This document shows positions 39,031-46,423 of a stretch of DNA of 62,974 nucleotides, in pieces. The notes under the pieces were generated by a model. The model saw only the letters and a program-made list of their open reading frames with translations, was not told where the DNA came from and did not search any database. Source of the stretch: Ignavibacteriota bacterium (lineage in GTDB: Bacteria > Bacteroidota > Ignavibacteria > UBA10030). The stretch covers positions 9,613 to 72,586 of the forward strand of contig PMML01000029.1 in assembly GCA_003162695.1 (NCBI GenBank). Direction: 5' to 3'. Position 1 is the first letter of the stretch. Every line of letters begins with the position of its first letter. A program made the position numbers and the translations under genes.

Positions 39031-39874
39031 TTCGTGCATTGAAAAATGGCGTTGTGATTGAAACAGTATGGTCTCCTGGAAAATTACTGACGGCCAGCCG
39101 GGCTGCTGCTTCGTTATCATAGAGTCCAAAAATGGATGAACCGCTGCCGCTCATAAGAGCGAACGATGCCCCGGCATGCAGCAATGCAAATTTAATATCA
39201 TGGATAACCGGATATTGCGCGAAGACAATCTCTTCAAAATCGTTCTGAACAGCCTGTGAAAGAAGAACCGGATTTTTCAGGGCATGAGGCAATTCCGTTC
39301 TAATTCCCGTTGGGATACCGTTTCGGCGAACTTTCAAATGACGGTACGCCCATGCTGTGGATACATGTACCGGCGGAGTCACAAGAACGATCCAGAATGG
39401 AATTTCAAGCCGCAGCGATTCCAGTATTTCTCCGCGTCCACGCGCATACGCGCTCCCGCCCCGGATAAAAAACGGGACGTCGGAACCGATCTTCGCTGCA
39501 TACCCACACAGAACATCGCGGCTTAAATTCAAATTCCAGAGCTTATCCAGAGCGACCAGCGTCGCTGCAGCATCGCTGCTCCCGCCGCCGAGACCGGCCC
39601 CGATTGGAATATTTTTTGCAAGAGCAATATGCACGCCCCTCTCTATTTTTTGTTCTGCTCGCAGGAGCCGTAATGCCTGGATGCAAAGATTTCCTTCACC
39701 CGTTGGAATGTTTTCCATGCTGCATTCAAACCGGTCGGTTTCCGCATGTGTTACAGTTATTTCGTCGTAAAGATCGACCTCATGAAACACCGTTTCTATA
39801 TCGTGGTATTCGTCCGGACGCTTGCCGAGTATGTACAAACCGAGATTAATTTTCGCGTAAGCGTAAAGTTTCAT
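39023..39874 (-). CDS. ispE: 4-diphosphocytidyl-2-C-methyl-D-erythritol kinase
   Basis: AYAKINLGL, KNIPIGAGLGGGSSDAA, GSDVPFF and MSGSGS motifs; start trimmed to 39874. Confidence 0.96.
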   Translation of the reverse strand: MKLYAYAKINLGLYILGKRPDEYHDIETVFHEVDLYDEITVTHAETDRFECSMENIPTGEGNLCIQALRLLRAEQKIERGVHIALAKNIPIGAGLGGGSSDAAATLVALDKLWNLNLSRDVLCGYAAKIGSDVPFFIRGGSAYARGRGEILESLRLEIPFWIVLVTPPVHVSTAWAYRHLKVRRNGIPTGIRTELPHALKNPVLLSQAVQNDFEEIVFAQYPVIHDIKFALLHAGASFALMSGSGSSIFGLYDNEAAARLAVSNFPGDHTVSITTPFFNARND

Positions 39875-40107
39875 TGGCTCTCTGCATATCTTCTTTACAA
39901 GAATCGCTGTCCCGAAGCACAATATAAAAATTCTGTATGGTTTAATTTTAAGCAAAATAGCGTATAAACATTCGAGAATCAACCCATAGAACAGAACAAG
40001 AAGTTTATCCAAGCACAAGAATAGTTCCAAGTACTTGGCGCATCGTTCAATGTGCCGCGGTTAAAAAATTATTTGACTGCTTAGTCCGATAGTTGCCGAT
40101 TATTGTA

Positions 40108-40142
40108 TTTATCGTTTACTGTTTTCAGTTTACCATTTACCA
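40108..40142. repeat. Five-unit heptamer array
   Basis: tttatcg tttactg ttttcag tttacca tttacca. Confidence 0.6.
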
Positions 40143-40388
40143 CCCTTGATTCTCTACGATAATAATCGTAATTATAAACCGATTGTAAGTTCATTCGATG
40201 TTTTTTCGGCGAATTTCATGCAAGCGAGGAATCCCGTATACAATACAACTCTTCATGCAATAATTTTCCAAGAACCGCATTACAGGACACTTCCCGGATA
40301 ATCGCAGGGTAAAAAAGAATGACATGACGAATAAAATCAATAGAGGGATTGGAAAGCCGCAAGACGACAAAAGGAAAAGGGATCATAT

Positions 40389-40958
40389 ATGAACATAAAA
40401 TTGATCATCATCATAGGATTCTCATATCTCTACGGATTCTTCGAATATTTTATGAATATCAAACTACGAAGAAAAAGCAATGTTGCCAATCAAGGAGATA
40501 AAGGCAGTTTAAGATTATTAACCATTCTCATTGCCGTTGGATATTTATTGTCATTTTCAATAGGCTCAACAAAAATAGGCAGGATTTATCAGTGGGACAC
40601 TTTTTTTGCAATTGGAGGCATATTGATTGTCCTCGGATTAACGATCAGGATACTATCGATATTGACTCTCCGGCAGTACTTTACATATTCGGTAGCAAAA
40701 ATTGAAAATCACAAATTAATTGAAAAAGGACTATATAAGAGAATCAGACATCCGGGATATTTAGGACAGATCATTGTTTTTATCGGGATTTCGGCTTCCA
40801 TGTCGAATTGGTTGTCGATACTATTTATGATGATTCCGATTGCTGTCGGGTACGGTTATCGAATAAAGGTTGAGGAAAGATTTATGACCGAACAAATGGG
40901 AGAAAATTATTTGAAATATAAAAAACGTACAAAAAGATTGATTCCGATGATATTTTGA
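40389..40958 (+). CDS. Isoprenylcysteine carboxylmethyltransferase (ICMT/PEMT) family membrane protein
   Basis: TLRQYFT, HKLIEKGLYKRIRHPGY and RIKVEE motifs. Confidence 0.88.
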   Translation: MNIKLIIIIGFSYLYGFFEYFMNIKLRRKSNVANQGDKGSLRLLTILIAVGYLLSFSIGSTKIGRIYQWDTFFAIGGILIVLGLTIRILSILTLRQYFTYSVAKIENHKLIEKGLYKRIRHPGYLGQIIVFIGISASMSNWLSILFMMIPIAVGYGYRIKVEERFMTEQMGENYLKYKKRTKRLIPMIF

Positions 40959-41078
40959 AATACCCTGTATCTCACAACGCTTCTTTATCGTAATCCCGCG
41001 ATATGCAGATATCCAGCATACACCGGGCAGCTGAGGATCCCGGCGGCATCAACCGTTTGTTTCAAGGAGACAATAAGT

Positions 41079-41429
41079 ATGAATATGAAATTAAAATATC
41101 ACCATATCGGCATACCTGTAACTAACCCGATAGACGGCGAAGTTTATTTAAAAGATCTAAAGTTTTTCCATTATGGCTATAAGAACAGTGAATACGGAAT
41201 CGAATGGATGAGGTACGAAGAGAATTGCCCATTGCCCGAGATTGTAAAAACGATACCGCATGTCGCTTTTGAAGTCGATAATGTGTATGAAGCCATTCAG
41301 GGTAAAAAAGTAATAATAGAACCCAATAGTCCTTCCGAAGGAACTCTTGTGGCATTTATAGAAGAAAACGGCGCTCCCATCGAGTTCATTCAGATTGCAA
41401 AAAAAGCGGTGGTGATGTCTGACGCGTAA
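41079..41429 (+). CDS. VOC/glyoxalase-fold small protein
   Basis: YHHIGIP, PHVAFEVD and VAFIEENGAPIEFI motifs; AAGGAG RBS. Confidence 0.7.
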   Translation: MNMKLKYHHIGIPVTNPIDGEVYLKDLKFFHYGYKNSEYGIEWMRYEENCPLPEIVKTIPHVAFEVDNVYEAIQGKKVIIEPNSPSEGTLVAFIEENGAPIEFIQIAKKAVVMSDA

Positions 41430-41538
41430 AAATTGTTCCTGACGCGTTCTCATTTCCAAGAGTATCTGGAAACTGCGAAAAATCCAGACCGGAAAAACAT
41501 CTGCACGGGGAAAAATGGATTTTGTCCGCACCTCAATC

Positions 41539-41567
41539 TTGAAAAAATTAAAGAATAGTCGTACTAT
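41539..41567 (+). promoter_or_regulatory. Possible sigma70-like promoter upstream of the NHL-repeat gene
   Basis: TTGAAA-N17-TACTAT (TATAAT overlaps). Confidence 0.4.
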
Positions 41568-41886
41568 AATATTCAGTTACGTTGTAATTCTTGTTCGGCA
41601 GGAAATGTTGCGGGATTCACGCCGAATTTCATTTTGTATTTCCAATACATTTTAACGTTTAAAAGAATAAACCATTCAACAGGGTAAATCCCCTTGGACT
41701 ATGGTCATTTTTATAGAATGGAACACCGTCTCTTTTCTTCGACTCCACCGATGCAACCGCGATAGACAAAGAGTTATCAAGGAAGGCGAATGAAAAAATC
41801 AGAATGACATAACTACACAACCACCGGGCGAATCGATGAATTCGGTCCGCCTATTATTATCCACCAATCATACAAAGGGATCTATC

Positions 41887-43386
41887 ATGAAACCACTCTT
41901 TCCTGTTGTTCTCCTTTGCATTCTGTCCTTACAGCTAAACGCTCAATGGACGAATGGACAGAATGCATCCTATGTTATCGGACAAGCAAATTTTACAGCT
42001 AATGCGGCGGCAACAACTGCAGCCGGCTTGAATAAGCCATGGGGTCTTGCTGTCGATGATGCCAATCAAAAACTCTATGTCGTAGATTGGGGAAATCACC
42101 GCGTGCTGCGTTATGCGCTTCCCATCACACAAAACCATCCGGCGGCTGAATTGGTGCTCGGCCAGGCGGATTTTACGCACGGCAGCGGCAACCGCGGCGC
42201 CGGCGGAGTGACCGCAAATACTTTGAACTATCCCAAGGGCATTGCAGTATACCATGATACGCTCTGGGTAGCCGATTACAGCAGTGAACGCGTGCTCCGG
42301 TTTGATAACGCACACGCAATTACAACGAATGGAGCCGGCGCCAATGCTGCGCTGGGAGGCGCTTCTGCATTGACCGGATACGGTGCGGGCACCGGCCAAT
42401 CCGGTTTTTATCCGGGCGGCCTCTTTGTGGACAACAACGGCAACCTCTATGTGATCGATGTCAATGCGCATCGCATTTTGCGATTTAACAATCCATCGGC
42501 GAAAGCAAGCAATGCGAATGCCGACGGGGTGCTTGGGCAGCCGGATTATACGACAACGTCGCCGGGGACAACTGCATCGAAGCTGAACAATCCATACGAC
42601 GGCGCGTTTATCGGTACAACGCTGTTTGTAGCGGATTACGGCAATCATCGCGTACTTAAATTTAATAATGCTGCAGCGGCTGCAAACGGGGCTGCCGCAG
42701 ACGGCGTGTTTGGCGCTGCGGATTTTACATCTGCGTGGAGCGGGACCGACGTGACTTGGCTCATCAACAATGCAGCGAAAGCAACGGGGTATCCGGTAGG
42801 CGTCGCAGCAACGGGAAACGGCGAGCTACTGGTAGGCCAGAATCTTCCGCGCATTTCCATTTTTGAAAATGCAGTTTCCATCGCAAACTTCAGCCCGGCC
42901 GATAACGTACTCGGACAACCCGACTTGAATACACTCAATAAAGCAACAGCACAAAACAGTTTTCCCGGAGATATGCGCGACGTTGTCTATAGCAATTCAC
43001 TGAATCAACTCTTTGTTGCCGATTTTGACGGCAATCGCGTGCTGGTATTTAGCAGCAGTGTAACCGGCATCGGAGCAACGGCAGAAACACCGAAGCAATT
43101 CGGACTCTCTCAGAATTATCCGAATCCTTTCAATCCCTCGACAGTCATCAAATATCAGATTGTAAAGAACAGTATGGTCACCTTGAGGGTGTTCGATCTG
43201 CTGGGAAGAGAAGTAACGACGCTGGTCAATGGAATGAAACCTGCCGGAGCTTACACGGCGACATTCAACGCAGTCAATTTGCCGAGCGGCGCATATTTTT
43301 GCCGGCTTACAGCGAATGCCGTTCAAATGGAAAAAGGGCAGGCGAGCACGTTTATTGAAACGAAAAGATTATTGCTGCTGAAATAG
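41887..43386 (+). CDS. Secreted NHL-repeat protein with a T9SS type A sorting domain
   Basis: Signal peptide (LNA-Q); repeated (L/V)YVxDxxNHRVL and V(L/I/F)GQxDF units; C-terminal LSQNYPNPFNPST...GREV...LPSGAYF. Confidence 0.85.
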   Translation: MKPLFPVVLLCILSLQLNAQWTNGQNASYVIGQANFTANAAATTAAGLNKPWGLAVDDANQKLYVVDWGNHRVLRYALPITQNHPAAELVLGQADFTHGSGNRGAGGVTANTLNYPKGIAVYHDTLWVADYSSERVLRFDNAHAITTNGAGANAALGGASALTGYGAGTGQSGFYPGGLFVDNNGNLYVIDVNAHRILRFNNPSAKASNANADGVLGQPDYTTTSPGTTASKLNNPYDGAFIGTTLFVADYGNHRVLKFNNAAAAANGAAADGVFGAADFTSAWSGTDVTWLINNAAKATGYPVGVAATGNGELLVGQNLPRISIFENAVSIANFSPADNVLGQPDLNTLNKATAQNSFPGDMRDVVYSNSLNQLFVADFDGNRVLVFSSSVTGIGATAETPKQFGLSQNYPNPFNPSTVIKYQIVKNSMVTLRVFDLLGREVTTLVNGMKPAGAYTATFNAVNLPSGAYFCRLTANAVQMEKGQASTFIETKRLLLLK

Positions 43387-43590
43387 CATCACCGGGTCGA
43401 ATTATTTTATTGACTTCTTTTTCTTATCTTACAAGTTCATTTCCCGGGTACGGAGTGTTTTTTCAATTTGCAGATCCTCCGAACCCGGATCTGAACTTTT
43501 GCGGACTGCAAAGTGGACGCTTCAGGCATACAAGAGAAGAAGAACAGCAGATATAATTGACCTCTTATTGTTTCCATGAAAGGAGATCTT

Positions 43591-44013
43591 ATGGAAATTC
43601 CATGTTTGAACGATAAGAATATATATCCGGACGACAAAGTGTTAACCCGGTATCTCCGCGGTGCAAAAAGCACGTGGGATTCATTCATGGATTTGCTGAA
43701 AACCGATTACTCCCTCTTTTCGACAGAGTGGAGATATTATAACGACGGCAAGAGATGGTTGTGCAAAACGTCAAAAAAAACTAAAACGATATGCTGGATA
43801 TCTGTAGGGGATAATTTTTTTAGAGTTACTTTCTATTTCGGCAATAAGGCCGAAGAGATAATAAAGAGAAGTGCGCTGGATGATAAATTGAAAGCCCAAT
43901 TCTTAAGTTACGGTGGAAAATTTAAATTCAGGCCGATTACCATAGTTGTTCGGAAAAAATCCGATTTGAAATTTTTGAAAGCATTAATAGAGTTAAAAGA
44001 AAGAATCAAATAA
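43591..44013 (+). CDS. DUF3788 family protein
   Basis: EWRYYNDGKRWLCK..KK.KTICW and FRVTFYFG; AAGGAG RBS before the ATG at 43591. Confidence 0.8.
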   Translation: MEIPCLNDKNIYPDDKVLTRYLRGAKSTWDSFMDLLKTDYSLFSTEWRYYNDGKRWLCKTSKKTKTICWISVGDNFFRVTFYFGNKAEEIIKRSALDDKLKAQFLSYGGKFKFRPITIVVRKKSDLKFLKALIELKERIK

Positions 44014-44163
44014 CCCATCGCAGTTATTAAGATTATTTAAATCGCAGAAATTCATGACCTTCCCGGCAGGAAGAGATTTCAAAATGAATTTTAAAACCCG
44101 CCCGGGAAAACATCGCTTCTGCATAGTAAATACGAGCGCACTCAGAAAGGATATCATTTCGCC

Positions 44164-44676
44164 ATGACAGCCATTCCTTTTAACGTCAATGACGAAAAAC
44201 TTAGAAAAACATTCTTCGATCTGCATGTTGCCGATTGCATGGCCGGTCTGACCGAGCATGTTCATCCCCTCTTGGGCAAAATGACGCCGCAGCATATGAT
44301 CGAGCATCTTGTCTGGACTTTCGAATGCTCGACCGGTAGACTCGAACTTCCCTGCCGTACTCCGGAAAATCTCATCGAACGGGTCAAGAGAATCCTCTAT
44401 GACACACGGCCGCTGCCGCATGATTATAAAAATCCACTTTTTGGCGAAGATCCGCCTCCCTGCCGGTTCTCCACACTGACCGATGCGAAGGCAGCTTTGC
44501 TGGGAGAGATCTTTCGCTTTATCGATCATTTCCATAAACAGCCGGATGCGGTTCATGTTCATCCCATTTTCGGACCCCTTGGCGCGGAAGAATGGTACCG
44601 GGCGCAATTCAAGCACTGTTATCACCATTTGCAGCAATTCGGGCTTATCGGCCAATTCGGAAATATCTTATCATAA
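44164..44676 (+). CDS. DinB/DUF1569-like protein
   Basis: GKMTPQHMIEHL, HPIFGPL..EEW and KHCYHHLQQFG motifs. Confidence 0.75.
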   Translation: MTAIPFNVNDEKLRKTFFDLHVADCMAGLTEHVHPLLGKMTPQHMIEHLVWTFECSTGRLELPCRTPENLIERVKRILYDTRPLPHDYKNPLFGEDPPPCRFSTLTDAKAALLGEIFRFIDHFHKQPDAVHVHPIFGPLGAEEWYRAQFKHCYHHLQQFGLIGQFGNILS

Positions 44677-44744
44677 ACAATGGATATCATCAACAGCATG
44701 AATTATAAGCGATGCCCGCTCAGGGCGGTACCGACGGACAGAAA

Positions 44745-45311
44745 ATGATTATGAAACGATTTTCTTTTAAATCACGAAAAGATTTCAGGAACTGGTTATC
44801 TGAAAATCATTCAAGCCAGGAGCCGATCTGGATAGAATACTATAAAGACGGCACGGAAGGGATTCATTACAGTGAATCCCTGGAGGAAGCTCTTTGTTTC
44901 GGGTGGATTGATTCCCTTATCAAAAAAATCGACGGCCGGATTTATTTAAGAAGATTTTCCATTCGAAACAACAAAAGCAAATGGTCGAAGGTCAACAAGG
45001 AGCTTATTGCGAAATTGGCAGCAGAAAAGAGAATGACTAAATACGGAAGAGAGAAAATTGAAGCTGCAAAAAAAAACGGAACATGGGATAATCAAAAAGA
45101 ATCGGCTCCCGGCGAAAAGGATAAAATGATCGATGGATTCCTTAGGATCATAATGGGTGATGTAAAAATGATCGAATTGTTCGACAAGAAAAGCAAAAGA
45201 ACGAAACAGATTCTTGCCGCTTATTATTTCGATGCAAAAACGGAAGAAACCCGCAAACGAAGAATAAAACGAATATCCGAGTTTATGAAAGGCAATATAA
45301 GTATTCTCTAA
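44745..45311 (+). CDS. YdeI/OmpD-associated family protein
   Basis: DFRNWLSENH, EEALCFGWIDS, SKWSKVNK and TRKRRI motifs. Confidence 0.85.
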   Translation: MIMKRFSFKSRKDFRNWLSENHSSQEPIWIEYYKDGTEGIHYSESLEEALCFGWIDSLIKKIDGRIYLRRFSIRNNKSKWSKVNKELIAKLAAEKRMTKYGREKIEAAKKNGTWDNQKESAPGEKDKMIDGFLRIIMGDVKMIELFDKKSKRTKQILAAYYFDAKTEETRKRRIKRISEFMKGNISIL

Positions 45312-45320
45312 GATGGGCCG

Positions 45321-45722
45321 ATGAAAACTCGAAGTCAGAAGATGGATGCGAGCGACAGGATAAATCGAACAGGAACCGGGTTCAACAAGACTCTTTTCAA
45401 TAAAGATTATACGAGGATCATATCGGACGATACGCAGCCCGCTATGCTGATCGATATGATGGAATCCGGACCGGGTCAATCTTTTCTCGATATCGGAACC
45501 GGAAATGGGTATGTCACCTATGAATTTGCGAAGAGATGTAGTTCGGCACATGTTGTCGGAATAGATAGAGCGGAAAAAGCCGTAAAGAATAACTACAGGA
45601 TTGTAAAAGAGAACGGGAATCTGAGTTTCGATCTTTATGACGGAATAAGGAATATTTTCGAAAAGAGCAGCTTACAATTCAAGCTCGTCAAGTTTTTCGC
45701 AAATTATAATCATGGAATAAAT
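45321..45722 (+). pseudogene. Truncated class I SAM-dependent methyltransferase, in frame with the downstream ACP-like ORF
   Basis: Motif I FLDIGTGNG, VVGID and ..YDG are present, but the rest of the Rossmann fold is missing. Confidence 0.6.
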
Positions 45723-46073
45723 ATGAGAATAAGATCGAAGTTGCTTTTTTTTGTTATAATAGCATTCATGACTTGCAGTTATATTGCCGATGCGCAAGAA
45801 AACACTGGTTCGAGCTTACCCCAAAAGGGAATAACGAATGAAGTATTGTGGAATAAAATAGTCGATATCGTCGTAAACAAGCTGGGTGTCGATAGAACCC
45901 GGGTAACATCGGAAACCTCGTTCAAAAACGATCTCAGTGCAGATGCACTTGACATGGTGGAAATGGTTTTGAAATTCGAGGAAACATTCAATATTCAAAT
46001 CCCCGATCGAGATGTGGAAAAAATCACAACGGTCGGTGAGGCGTATAGCTACATAGAAGGCCGGACAAAGTAG
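45723..46073 (+). CDS. Signal-peptide-bearing acyl carrier protein homologue lacking the phosphopantetheine serine
   Basis: From the ATG at 45723: MRIRSKLLFFVIIAFMTCSYIADA-QENT... then an ACP domain with 39/67 identical residues to acpP of this window (manual alignment). The motif is DLSADALD versus DLGADSLD. Confidence 0.75.
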   Translation: MRIRSKLLFFVIIAFMTCSYIADAQENTGSSLPQKGITNEVLWNKIVDIVVNKLGVDRTRVTSETSFKNDLSADALDMVEMVLKFEETFNIQIPDRDVEKITTVGEAYSYIEGRTK

Positions 46074-46423
46074 ACTATAGCATTATAACTGCATTCAATA
46101 GAAGAACCCGGCATGTTCCTGATGTCCGCAATTTTCTCTGTAGCCATTTTTAACTTTGTCATCGCCTTTTGATCCGGAGATACGGTTAGCCCCTGGTGCA
46201 GAGAACGAAAGATTACTGAATGATATTGGCAGCAATACGAGTTGTGGATTTTCAATTTTCGGATTTTAAGGAAAATTGCATTTTATTCCTAGACGGATTC
46301 GTTATTCCCTTTTGCCATTTATGATTTCACGTCCACGCAGCTATCGACCTGTATTTATGAAACCTCATTCGACCGAAAAGCGTATAACAAACTAAAACAA
46401 GATCCGACACCGATGGAGTTTAC

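Noticed and set aside
43993-45551. Minus-strand ORFs of 220 aa and 201 aa in the accessory block
   Set aside because: They are antisense to the DinB-like and YdeI genes, which carry clear family motifs.
46049-46255. 68-aa minus-strand ORF between the ACP-like and Ntn-hydrolase genes
   Set aside because: It has no recognisable motif or RBS and overlaps the ACP-like gene end. It could be a remnant but is unsupported.
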